Below, piece by piece: positions 18,734 through 27,782 of a stretch of DNA of 64,000 nt; the stretch's first letter is position 1; every line of letters begins with the position of its first letter. The notes beneath the pieces were generated by a model. That model saw nothing but the letters and a program-made list of their open reading frames with translations, was not told the origin of the DNA and did no database searches. This stretch comes from Bacteroidota bacterium (lineage in GTDB: Bacteria; Bacteroidota; Bacteroidia; AKYH767-A; OLB10), in NCBI GenBank assembly GCA_016713925.1, contig JADJOH010000008.1:453840-517839 (forward strand), read 5' to 3'. The position numbers were made by a program, and so were the translations under genes.

Positions 18734-20203
18734 TTATTTTTTTCTCTTGAAGAGCGGCAGTTGCTCTTTCCCTCCAAGATATCTCCACATGCTTCCGAAA
18801 TAAGTAAATAAGATGACAGCACTTATTCCCCACCATGCGTACATATTCAACGGGAAATAAATTTTACCTTGCTCAAAGATTTGCCAAAAGAGCGCCGCAC
18901 TCCCCATCATGAATACTAATTTACCGATTTCATAGGGAACCGGAAAAACCTGCTGTCCTTTTAAGTAGGATAAAAGCATCATCGAAGTATAGCAAATAAA
19001 GGTAGCCCACGCTGCACCAGTAAAGCCCATCTCAGGAATGAGCCATAAGTTAAAAACAATCGTTATCAATGCCCCGAGTATCGACAACCAGGCGCCATAA
19101 CCGGTCTTGCCGCTTAGTTTATACCAGATGCTCATGTTGAGGTAAATGCCAAGGAAAAGATTTGCGGCAAGCAGAATAGGAACCACATTTAATCCTCCAT
19201 GATATTGCTCGCCGATGAAGTGTTTAATGATGTCCATGTAGAACATGACACCAAGAAATATAAAACATCCCGCCAGGACAAAATAATTCATCACCCGGGC
19301 GAAAAGCAGCTTACTGTTTTCTTTATGATGTTGTGAAAAATAAAAGGGATCAGCCGCATAACGGAACGTCTGTACGAAAAGTGTCATGAGTATGCTGAGC
19401 TTGTAACAGGCACTGTATATTCCTAACTGCTGCATCGCGATGGATTTATCAGTGATCAGATATTTTAGAATTGCCCTGTCTAAAGTTTCATTGATCATCC
19501 CCGCAAAGCCTGCAATCAGGAGCGGAAAACCGTAAATGAGCATTTCCTTTACGAGGGGAAAACTAAAGGAACCGCCTTTCATCAATCGCAATTCGGGGAG
19601 GAGGAAAAGCAGGGTGACTCCACTGGCCACCAGGTTTGCGATAAAGACATATCCAATACCTGAAACAGCGGGAGCAGGGTTATTCTGAAGAGAAGGCAAG
19701 ACCAATAAGAAGAAAAGATTCAATCCTATATTAATAAAAATTCCAAGCAGCTTAATGAGTGCAAAGCGCATGGCTTTATTTTGTTGTCGTAATCTGGCGA
19801 AGGGTAATGTCGATAGGGTGTCGAAGGCAAGTATCCAGGCAAACCAACGTACATAATCGGCATGATCCGGATAACCGAGGGCGCTTGCAATCGGAGTCGA
19901 AAACAGCAATAGAATGATGGTGAAGAAGCCGGTTGTACAAAGTAGGGTGGTGAGCCCATTGCCATATACATTTTCATGACGCTCTTTTTTATTGGAGAAA
20001 TGGAAAAATGCAGTTTCCATTCCCAATGCATACACGACCATCAGAAAAGTGATGTAAGCATAAAACTCCGACACCACACCGTATTCAGCAGGTGCGAAAA
20101 TGCGGGTATACAACGGGACGAGCAGGTAGTTGAGAAGCCTCCCTACGATGCTGCTTAATCCATAAATAGCTGTTTGCCCGGCCAGGGCGCGCATTTGGCT
20201 CAC
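18734..20203 (-). CDS. Polysaccharide biosynthesis protein / oligosaccharide flippase (Wzx-like, MOP superfamily)
   Basis: 489 aa with about 12-14 TM helices and a Wzx-like N-terminus (ALAGQTAIYGLSSIVGRLLNYLLVPLYTRIF). Confidence 0.75.
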   Translation of the reverse strand: MSQMRALAGQTAIYGLSSIVGRLLNYLLVPLYTRIFAPAEYGVVSEFYAYITFLMVVYALGMETAFFHFSNKKERHENVYGNGLTTLLCTTGFFTIILLLFSTPIASALGYPDHADYVRWFAWILAFDTLSTLPFARLRQQNKAMRFALIKLLGIFINIGLNLFFLLVLPSLQNNPAPAVSGIGYVFIANLVASGVTLLFLLPELRLMKGGSFSFPLVKEMLIYGFPLLIAGFAGMINETLDRAILKYLITDKSIAMQQLGIYSACYKLSILMTLFVQTFRYAADPFYFSQHHKENSKLLFARVMNYFVLAGCFIFLGVMFYMDIIKHFIGEQYHGGLNVVPILLAANLFLGIYLNMSIWYKLSGKTGYGAWLSILGALITIVFNLWLIPEMGFTGAAWATFICYTSMMLLSYLKGQQVFPVPYEIGKLVFMMGSAALFWQIFEQGKIYFPLNMYAWWGISAVILFTYFGSMWRYLGGKEQLPLFKRKK

Positions 20204-20304
20204 GTAGTTAGCCCCGGTATTATTTTCAGCAAATCTAATAGATTGGAATGTAAATAATAATTATTTTTCAATTATAGATTTCAGAAAGGAAAGAGATGGT
20301 GGGA

Positions 20305-20350
20305 ATATTGCTATCGGCTTCCGGCTGCCAGCTACCAGCTTCCGGCTGAA
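20305..20350. repeat. Short GCTTCCGGCT/GCTACCAGCT simple repeat (same family as 7941-8003 and 20695-20765)
   Basis: Direct reading: ggcttccggctgccagctaccagcttccggctg. Further copies at 20695-20765 read tagctggtagccggaagccggaagctcatagctggaagccggcagccggcagcc. Confidence 0.6.
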
Positions 20351-20423
20351 GTTAAATATGAAAATAATTTTTACTTCGAAGAGGGAAATAATAATTTTCA
20401 GCCGGATGATTTTAACTCATTGC

Positions 20424-20789
20424 TCATATTCCAAAACTCATAATACCAGGTTCATAGGTCATAGGTTTGGCACCCACCGTGACATCGCCATGCCCGCCAT
20501 ATTTTCGTAGCTCTCGTTGCGATCGAGACTTCGCGACGTTGCGCCCGCTGCGTTTAAACAATGTCCTATCCGAAATCAAGTCTCTATAGCATTTAAATTT
20601 CAAGGTATTCAGAAGTGCGACCGATTGTCTAAAGCTCTCAGCCCATGTCCTCAGACATAACTCACAGACATTAACCACCAGGTCGTAGCCGCTTGCCCTT
20701 TGCTTATAGCTGGTAGCCGGAAGCCGGAAGCTCATAGCTGGAAGCCGGCAGCCGGCAGCCTCCTTTATCGAAGCAAAAATCTCAACCAC
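20424..20789 (-). CDS. Dubious ORF, hypothetical (possibly non-coding)
   Basis: 121-aa ORF that spans simple repeats at both ends. Composition is atypical and it has no recognisable domain. Confidence 0.2.
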   Translation of the reverse strand: MVEIFASIKEAAGCRLPAMSFRLPATSYKQRASGYDLVVNVCELCLRTWAESFRQSVALLNTLKFKCYRDLISDRTLFKRSGRNVAKSRSQRELRKYGGHGDVTVGAKPMTYEPGIMSFGI

Positions 20790-20840
20790 AACTGAAATTT
20801 AATTTAAAATATAAATTATCTTTGTTTCAAACTAAAAATC

Positions 20841-21323
20841 ATGAAAAAGTTCTTCCCCTACCTGATGTTCGTGTTTAGCTTACTATTTATGGGTTGTCCT
20901 TATGGATCAGAAGTAGCTATCGATGATGGTAAAACTAAAATTGATGAGAAGCTACTCGGCAAATGGGAATCGAAGAGCTCCAGCGATTATGATTATATCG
21001 TTTCTAAAATCGATGATACCACCTATAAGATAGAAAAGAAGCCTCGTGGTGAAGGCGAGGTAACTGTTTACATCGGATTCCTCTCTGCCATCGGAACCAC
21101 GAAATTTTTAAATGTTTGGGAAGAACAAAATACCACCCGCACCTATTATTTTTATAAAATGGATATCTCCGGAAGCGGTGCAAAACTGACCTTGTCTCCG
21201 GTGACAGATAATATCAAGGAAAAATTTGAATCCTCCTCCGAGCTGAAATCCTTTTTTGAAAAGAACCAGAACCTCAGTTTCTTTTACAGTAAGGATGATG
21301 AAGTGTATATCAGGGCGGATTGA
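20841..21323 (+). CDS. Hypothetical lipoprotein
   Basis: Lipobox (LLFMGC) followed by a 140-aa mature domain. No family recognised. Confidence 0.55.
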   Translation: MKKFFPYLMFVFSLLFMGCPYGSEVAIDDGKTKIDEKLLGKWESKSSSDYDYIVSKIDDTTYKIEKKPRGEGEVTVYIGFLSAIGTTKFLNVWEEQNTTRTYYFYKMDISGSGAKLTLSPVTDNIKEKFESSSELKSFFEKNQNLSFFYSKDDEVYIRAD

Positions 21324-21355
21324 TGTAACGACTGGTCGCGAACTGTCATCCATCA

Positions 21356-21401
21356 CCCCTCTCAGTAGCCGCGTGACATGTAACGCGGCTACTGAGAGGG
21401 G
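21356..21401. terminator. Bidirectional terminator hairpin between convergent genes
   Basis: Perfect 18-bp stem cccctctcagtagccgcg / cgcggctactgagagggg with a 10-nt loop. Confidence 0.7.
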
Positions 21402-21427
21402 ATAGCAAACATGAAACACCCTACTCA

Positions 21428-22201
21428 CTACATCTCCACCTCCAGCAACACCGGACAATGATCCGAATGTTTGGCCTCTGGCAAGATGACACATCGCTGC
21501 AAATTTTTTTCAAGATTTTTTGTGGCCATCAGGTAGTCGATGCGCCAGCCTAAATTTTTTGCGCGTGCATTGAACCGGAAACTCCACCACGTATATTGAT
21601 GTGGCTCCTGATTATAATAACGAAAAGTATCAATGAATCCGCTCTTAAAAAATTGCTCCATCCACTCTCGCTCTTCGGGCAGGAAACCGGAAGACTTCGC
21701 ATTGCTGACCGGATTATGAATGTCAATGGGTCTATGGCAAATGTTGATGTCGCCTCCTATGATGAGTTTACTTTTCTTTTTCTTTAAGGTAGCGATATAA
21801 TCTTCAAACCATTTCAGCCATTCCATTTTATACTCTTGCCGGTGTTCGCCGCTGGACCCCGAAGGCACATAGACACTCATCACTGATGTTTTCCCGAAAT
21901 CCGCTCTGATGATTCTTCCTTCTTTATCAATTTCGGGATTTCCTGAACCAATTTCCACATGATCCGGCTCTTGCTTGCTGAAGATGGCCACTCCACTGTA
22001 TCCCTTTTTCTCCGCAGGATGCCAGTAATTAAAGTAACCGTCATTGTCGAAAACAGGAAGATCGAGTTGTCCGGGTTCCGCTTTGATTTCCTGCAACAAG
22101 ACGATATCGGGGTTAACTGTCCGCAGCCATTCCATCCAGCCCTTGCTGAGCGCAGCTCGAATGCCGTTTACATTGTAGGTGATTATTTTTCTGTTTGCCA
22201 T
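21428..22201 (-). CDS. xth: Exodeoxyribonuclease III (AP endonuclease, Xth family)
   Basis: 257 aa with diagnostic motifs (TYNVNGIRA, IVLLQEIK, GDINICHRPIDIHNP, SDHCPV). Confidence 0.9.
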   Translation of the reverse strand: MANRKIITYNVNGIRAALSKGWMEWLRTVNPDIVLLQEIKAEPGQLDLPVFDNDGYFNYWHPAEKKGYSGVAIFSKQEPDHVEIGSGNPEIDKEGRIIRADFGKTSVMSVYVPSGSSGEHRQEYKMEWLKWFEDYIATLKKKKSKLIIGGDINICHRPIDIHNPVSNAKSSGFLPEEREWMEQFFKSGFIDTFRYYNQEPHQYTWWSFRFNARAKNLGWRIDYLMATKNLEKNLQRCVILPEAKHSDHCPVLLEVEM

Positions 22202-22314
22202 TGTTTATGATTCAGCGAATGTATTATAGCCGCGGGAATTATTCACAAAGAAAAGACGTAAAAAAGATTTATAGCGTTAAACAGATGTAAAATCCTCTGT
22301 ATTTTTAAGCGCTA

Positions 22315-25300
22315 TTGGATAAGAAAGTATTTAAGGTCATTGCAGCCGTCTGTTGTTGCCTGTCGTTCAGCCTGTACAGCCAGGATTTGAGCAATGCCCG
22401 TTTGCGTTATATCGTCCCGACTCGTGATACTATCCGGCTGGATTCCCTCAGCGTGATCCCCGGTTCGGTGGAAGTGCGTGCCGGAGATTCGCTGTTACCT
22501 GCACGATATTTCTCCCTGGACTTTTCTAAATCACTGATCTGGTTTGAGCCCTCCCTGTTGAAGGAGCTTGATTCCATCAGCCTGCGGGTCTTCTTCAGAG
22601 TGTACCCGATTTCATTTGAAGCGCCATTGTTTTTAAGGGATCGGCGCTTGTTGGAGAAGGCTTCTTCTACACCCGGCGCTGCTCCCTATACCGAGCGTCC
22701 GGCAGAGAAGAATGCCTCGCTGTTCGGGTTGGAAGGATTAGCACGTTCGGGATCTATTTCGCGCGGACTTACCATCGGCAGTAATCAGGATGCGGTGGTG
22801 AATTCGAGTTTGAATTTGCAATTAGCCGGTCGCATTAGTGGAAATATCGAAGTACTCGCCGCCATTACCGATGAGAATATTCCGGTGCAGGCAGAGGGGA
22901 ATACGCAGCAATTGCAGGAATTTGATAAGGTCTATATTCAGTTAAATAACGATAAGCATAAACTGGTGGCCGGAGATTATGATGTGCGAAACCCGGAAGG
23001 TTATTTTATGCGGTATTTTAAGAAGGCGCAGGGCGGATTGTATAGTTATACGGAAGTGATGGAACGCAAGAATAAATCTCCGCTCACGCTCGCCGCAGGT
23101 TTGGGTGCCGCCGTTTCCCGGGGGAAGTTCGCCCGAAATATCATCAATGGAATTGAGTCCAACCAGGGGCCCTATCGGTTGCGCGGTGCAGAAAATGAAT
23201 TGTTCATCATAGTGATGTCGAATTCGGAAAGAGTGTTTATCGATGGACTCCTTCTCGAACGCGGTCAGGACAGAGATTATATCATCGACTACAATACCGC
23301 TGAAGTAACTTTCACCACGCGCAGGTTGATCAACAAGGATATGCGGATTACGATTGAATTTCAATATGCCGACCGTAATTATGCACGTACCTTGCTGACC
23401 GGTTTCGCCGCATGGAAGGATAGCCGGATGCAGGCCGGTGTTAATCTCTACTCCGAGCAGGACAGTAAGAATCAACCCTTGCAGCAGGATCTCACCCCGG
23501 CCGACAAAGCAATTCTGGCAGCAGCAGGTGATAATCTGGGAGCCGCTTTCAAGGAGAGTGGCGATAGTGTCGCTTTTAACATCAATGAAATTTTATATGC
23601 GCGGATAGACACCACCGTGAGTGCTGTTCTTTATCCGGATATCTATCTTTATTCCACCAGTCCTGATAGTGCTTTCTATCGTGTCTCCTTCAGCAATGTC
23701 GGACAAGGCCTTGGCAATTATGTTGCGGTAGATGGGTTGGCGAATGGGAGAGTGTACCAATGGGTGGCGCCAATAAATGGTATTGCACAGGGAACCTATG
23801 AACCGAAGATCTTATTGGTATCTCCCAAACAACGGCAAATGGCAACGGGATTTGTAAAGTATGCACTGGGTCCTCTTACAAAAGTAGGCGCGGAGTTGGC
23901 GGTGAGTAAGGACGATATCAACCGTTTTGCAACGAAGGATAAAGCAAATGATGACGGTCTCGCGGCAAGAGTGACCTTCGAACATCAACAGCCACTAAAC
24001 AGAGAGAAACCGGAGGGTTGGAGTTTTGTCGGGCAGTTGCAGACGGAAGTGAACGATGAGTTTTTTCGTCCGGTGGAGGTGTACAGAGCAGTGGAGTTTG
24101 TCCGCGACTGGAACACGGGATTGTTAAATTCCTTCGATAAAGAATTGCTCTCGAATGTGCAGGTGGGAATCAGGCATTCGAAAACGGGAGATATGCGGTA
24201 TAGCTTTAAGTCATTGTACAGAGGAACTACTTACCGCGGATTAATGCATGGGCTCAACGGAAACCTGCAGGGAGGAAAGTGGACGGCGAGATGGGATGCC
24301 AGTTTCCTCAACACCGATGGAACTAACGGTAATAGTTCTTTTTTGCGCCATAGAGATGAGCTCACACGAAGGTTTGGTTCCTGGATTCCGGGTGTAAGAT
24401 TTGAGCAGGAGCGGAATGAACAAACGAGACCGGGTAACGATAGTCTGGCCATTAGCGCTTTTCATTTCAGAATTGCAGAAGTTTTTTTCACACGACCGGA
24501 TACAGTGAAGATCACCATGAAAGGTTCATTTAGTCGCAGAGAAGATGATGGAATTCGCGGAACCGATTTTATCCATGCGACCACAGCAGATATGGCTAAT
24601 TTTCATATCGGATGGAACAAAGGACTGCGCCAGAAAGTATCGCTGATCTTAAATTACCGGAATCTGCAGATCAATGATACACTACTCACACTTGTCAAAC
24701 CGGAAGAGAGCGCTACAGGCAGGCTCGATTATACACTGAATGCAGGAAAGGGCTTGCTCAGCCTCAACACCTTTTACGAGGGCGGAACAGGAAGAGAACC
24801 ACGGCGACTGTATTCCTATATTGAAGTCGCGCCCGGGACAGGAAATTACAGTTGGAACGATTATAACGTTGATGGAATACCGCAATTGAATGAATTCGAA
24901 ATCGCCGTATTCCAGGATCAAGCCAACTACATCCGTATCTTCAGCAGCACCGATGAATATGTAAAAGTGTTTTTCAACCAATTCAATGCTGTTATTAATT
25001 TTAATCCTGCGGCAAAATTCACAGGGGCTACTAAACCCTTCTTCGCGAAATTCAGCGTCTTGTCCTCCTTTCGTTTCGACAATAAAATTACAGGGAATGC
25101 CAATGATATTAATAACTGGAATCCGTTTCCCGGCATCATTCCCGATACGGTTTTGTTAAGCACCCAATCTACCGGGCGACATACTTTATTTTACGACCGT
25201 ACCGGCTCGAAGTTCGCGGCCGATATCAGCTGGCAGGAGCAACGCATCCGGCAATTGCTGGCTAACGGTCTGGATACCCGCACTTCGAATGGATTATCCA

Positions 25301-25812
25301 CAACGATCCGATGGAACATCACGCAATGGTTGGCGCTGCAGGAAAAAGTGGAATTGAGTGAGCGAAGGAGCGAAGCTGAAGCATTTACCACACGAAATTT
25401 TTTCATCACCGGTCGCGAGACAGACAGCAAAATCAATTACCAGCCGGGAAGTGTCTATCGGATTACGGTCTCCTATCGTTACAAGGAAAAACTAAATGAG
25501 TATGCTGAAGGTTTTGGAGAGAAGGCTACTATCAGCGATGCAGGATTGGAGTGGAGATACAATTCCGTGAAGAAAGGCTTGCTGACTACCCGCTTTAATC
25601 TTGTAAAAATTTCTTACAATGCCGAATCAAATACCTCTATTGCTTTTGAGATGCTGGAAGGATTGAAAGAAGGAACTAATCTCACCTGGGGAGTAAATAT
25701 TCAGCGCAACCTGGGAAGCAGTCTCCAGCTCAGCATCAACTACGAAGGACGAAAACCAGCCGGACTAAAAACAATTCATACGGGCGGCGCACAGGTGCGA
25801 GCGTATTTTTAG
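22315..25812 (+). CDS. Large secreted, beta-rich hypothetical protein (probable outer-membrane protein)
   Basis: 1165-aa ORF with a signal peptide and alternating-hydrophobic beta-strand character throughout; it ends in an aromatic residue (…RAYF). No TonB box seen. Family not recognised. Confidence 0.55.
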   Translation: MDKKVFKVIAAVCCCLSFSLYSQDLSNARLRYIVPTRDTIRLDSLSVIPGSVEVRAGDSLLPARYFSLDFSKSLIWFEPSLLKELDSISLRVFFRVYPISFEAPLFLRDRRLLEKASSTPGAAPYTERPAEKNASLFGLEGLARSGSISRGLTIGSNQDAVVNSSLNLQLAGRISGNIEVLAAITDENIPVQAEGNTQQLQEFDKVYIQLNNDKHKLVAGDYDVRNPEGYFMRYFKKAQGGLYSYTEVMERKNKSPLTLAAGLGAAVSRGKFARNIINGIESNQGPYRLRGAENELFIIVMSNSERVFIDGLLLERGQDRDYIIDYNTAEVTFTTRRLINKDMRITIEFQYADRNYARTLLTGFAAWKDSRMQAGVNLYSEQDSKNQPLQQDLTPADKAILAAAGDNLGAAFKESGDSVAFNINEILYARIDTTVSAVLYPDIYLYSTSPDSAFYRVSFSNVGQGLGNYVAVDGLANGRVYQWVAPINGIAQGTYEPKILLVSPKQRQMATGFVKYALGPLTKVGAELAVSKDDINRFATKDKANDDGLAARVTFEHQQPLNREKPEGWSFVGQLQTEVNDEFFRPVEVYRAVEFVRDWNTGLLNSFDKELLSNVQVGIRHSKTGDMRYSFKSLYRGTTYRGLMHGLNGNLQGGKWTARWDASFLNTDGTNGNSSFLRHRDELTRRFGSWIPGVRFEQERNEQTRPGNDSLAISAFHFRIAEVFFTRPDTVKITMKGSFSRREDDGIRGTDFIHATTADMANFHIGWNKGLRQKVSLILNYRNLQINDTLLTLVKPEESATGRLDYTLNAGKGLLSLNTFYEGGTGREPRRLYSYIEVAPGTGNYSWNDYNVDGIPQLNEFEIAVFQDQANYIRIFSSTDEYVKVFFNQFNAVINFNPAAKFTGATKPFFAKFSVLSSFRFDNKITGNANDINNWNPFPGIIPDTVLLSTQSTGRHTLFYDRTGSKFAADISWQEQRIRQLLANGLDTRTSNGLSTTIRWNITQWLALQEKVELSERRSEAEAFTTRNFFITGRETDSKINYQPGSVYRITVSYRYKEKLNEYAEGFGEKATISDAGLEWRYNSVKKGLLTTRFNLVKISYNAESNTSIAFEMLEGLKEGTNLTWGVNIQRNLGSSLQLSINYEGRKPAGLKTIHTGGAQVRAYF

Positions 25813-25835
25813 GATCGATCACTGCGCTCACCGGG

Positions 25836-25920
25836 AGGATCGTTCTCTCGTCATACTTCTTCCATCTTCGATGCAATGAATCTGACGAGATCACCAGGAG
25901 GATCGTCTAGTCTGCGACGA
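25836..25920. repeat. Inverted copy of the hairpin element found at 6160-6295
   Basis: cgttctctcgtcatacttcttccatcttcgatgcaatgaatctgacgagatcacc is the reverse complement (about 85% identity) of 6232-6290. Confidence 0.6.
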
Positions 25921-26029
25921 GCCTTGGGGGAACTTTAGTCAATTGACGTGGGGGAACGTTCGCTATACCCACCGAGCGGATCATTCAGCGCACCCATCGT
26001 GTGGATCGTCAATTGATTGGTTATTTCTC

Positions 26030-26260
26030 CGGAACCCCAAAGGGGTTCAACATCGCTAACCCCGGATGCAATCCGGGGTTAGCACACCAACCACCCCCCC
26101 CCAACCCCAACGGGGTTGAATATTGAGGATTATGAAACGTAGAATAAATTATTTCTTTTAAACGAACGCTTCGCTTGGAGGAAAGTCTCGCTTAGAGGAA
26201 CGCTTCGCTTGGAGGAGGGGAGGAACGCTTCGCTTGGAAAAGCTTGAACCTTGAACCTTT
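26030..26260. repeat. Hairpin-rich intergenic block: three AACCCC-N-GGGGTT hairpins and a (GAACGCTTCGCTTGGAGGA)x3 tandem repeat
   Basis: Direct reading: aaccccaaaggggtt; taaccccggatgcaatccggggtta; aaccccaacggggtt; then gaacgcttcgcttggagga three times with about 24-bp spacing. Confidence 0.7.
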
Positions 26261-26341
26261 CCCGTCAACACAATCCCGATAGCTATCGGGATGACGGGAT
26301 CACATCGCCCGTGGGCACGTGGCGAGTGAAAACCTTAAACT

Positions 26342-27259
26342 CTATTTCAACGTCAGACTTGCTACACCGATTTGATTGCTTTCGCAATAAAGTTCAATCG
26401 TATAAACCCCGGAGCTATAATCGTTGCCTTTTTCCCAATACACGCAGAGATCGGTATTACGATTTTCGTACATGATCGATTCCTTGGTGGTATAAAGTGT
26501 AGCCTGGCCGTTATAGATGAAAGTTTCGCTGGTGGTAGACATCACCGCGCCATCGGGGCTGAGCACTCTTACAAAAATATCCTTTGGACCTTTTTCTACA
26601 ACAAGGTTTTCCATGATGGTAAAACAGGTCTTGATGCGGTCGGTACTTTTGGCTTTGGTGGTTTCTGACTCCTTGCCGCTCGCTTTATAACGGACACCTA
26701 ATGCTTTCAGATTGGTGGTCTTTAGTACGGAAGCAATCGCCACTTTATTGGCAAGCACGCTATTCTCCTGTGTTAAGGAACTTACTTTTGTATTTGCTGA
26801 AGATAAATTTTGATTCAGAGAGACATTTTGCTCCGATAGCATCTTGTTCGCAATATTTAAAGAATCAATTTGAGCTATATAGCGCTGGTTGAGTTCTTTT
26901 AATGAGGAAAGTTCCTCCTTTGCTTTTCTCAACTGTGTAGCATCGCCGGAGTTAATCAGTTTTTGGATTTGAGCAATTTTTAATCGGATCTCTTCATCCT
27001 TGGCAGAAAGTTGGTTCTGAAGACTCGCATTTTCCTGATTTAACTTCTCATATTCCGTTTTTACCCTTTGCAATTCGGCGGAAAGGGATTCTTTCTCTGC
27101 CATAGTGGTATCTAATTCACGGCTTACCTGCTCCAAATGCGTTTTCTTATCAAAGAACTGCCAAAGCAATAAAGCATTGACTCCTAATAATATAGATATA
27201 ACAATGATGACGATGACCTTTTTAGAATCCTGGTCTTTTTCCTGTTCAGGGTTTGTCAT
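26342..27259 (-). CDS. Membrane-anchored coiled-coil protein (hypothetical)
   Basis: N-terminal TM helix (VIVIIVISILLGVNALLLW), about 150 aa of heptad coiled coil, then a roughly 110-aa C-terminal globular domain. Confidence 0.55.
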   Translation of the reverse strand: MTNPEQEKDQDSKKVIVIIVISILLGVNALLLWQFFDKKTHLEQVSRELDTTMAEKESLSAELQRVKTEYEKLNQENASLQNQLSAKDEEIRLKIAQIQKLINSGDATQLRKAKEELSSLKELNQRYIAQIDSLNIANKMLSEQNVSLNQNLSSANTKVSSLTQENSVLANKVAIASVLKTTNLKALGVRYKASGKESETTKAKSTDRIKTCFTIMENLVVEKGPKDIFVRVLSPDGAVMSTTSETFIYNGQATLYTTKESIMYENRNTDLCVYWEKGNDYSSGVYTIELYCESNQIGVASLTLK

Positions 27260-27782
27260 AGGGTAGCTTTTAGAGAGAATTAGGTGTAGGCGTAGGCTTC
27301 GAAATTATAATATTTTTTTTGTGATGGGGCTATTTTGAAGCTAAGTTTTTCACCATGGCTGGTTTATTCAGAATTAAACCATGATTTTTTACCTGAAAAT
27401 ATCGATAGATTTAACGGACTCTTACTCTAAAAGGTTCTGTTTCCACTTTGCGACGATGAAGCTTTGGTCCCATAATCGTCTCTCCGAAAATGGACAATGT
27501 CTGAATGTTGGCATGTTGTAAGCATCTTTTAATCAGTTTGCTACATTGAATTTAAGTGGTAGTGTGAATAAAACACCTGCATTATTAAAATATTAACAAT
27601 GGGGGGAATAGCGATCAATTATCTTGCTTCATAAAGGGTCAAAGAGTAACTTGCAGTCCGGTTTTTCAGAGAATGAAAAGCTATGTTCAATTTATTGTAG
27701 TTACCGTTAAAGATTCCCGATCTGATCTCACCAAATCAAGAATCAGGAATCTCCATCATTAAAAACTAAAATCAACCCCATA

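Noticed and set aside
20424-20789. Possibility that 20424-20789 encodes a structured ncRNA (tmRNA or RNase P) rather than a protein
   Set aside because: I could not find a tmRNA tag-peptide frame ending in ALAA, nor the conserved RNase P P4 or GGAAAGUCCGG-type motifs. It is left as a dubious ORF flanked by simple repeats.
22315-25812. Assignment of the 1165-aa outer-membrane protein as SprA, LptD or a TonB-dependent receptor
   Set aside because: The length does not fit SprA (about 2400 aa) or LptD (about 800-900 aa), and no TonB box or plug motif is present. I kept a generic 'large beta-rich outer-membrane protein' call.
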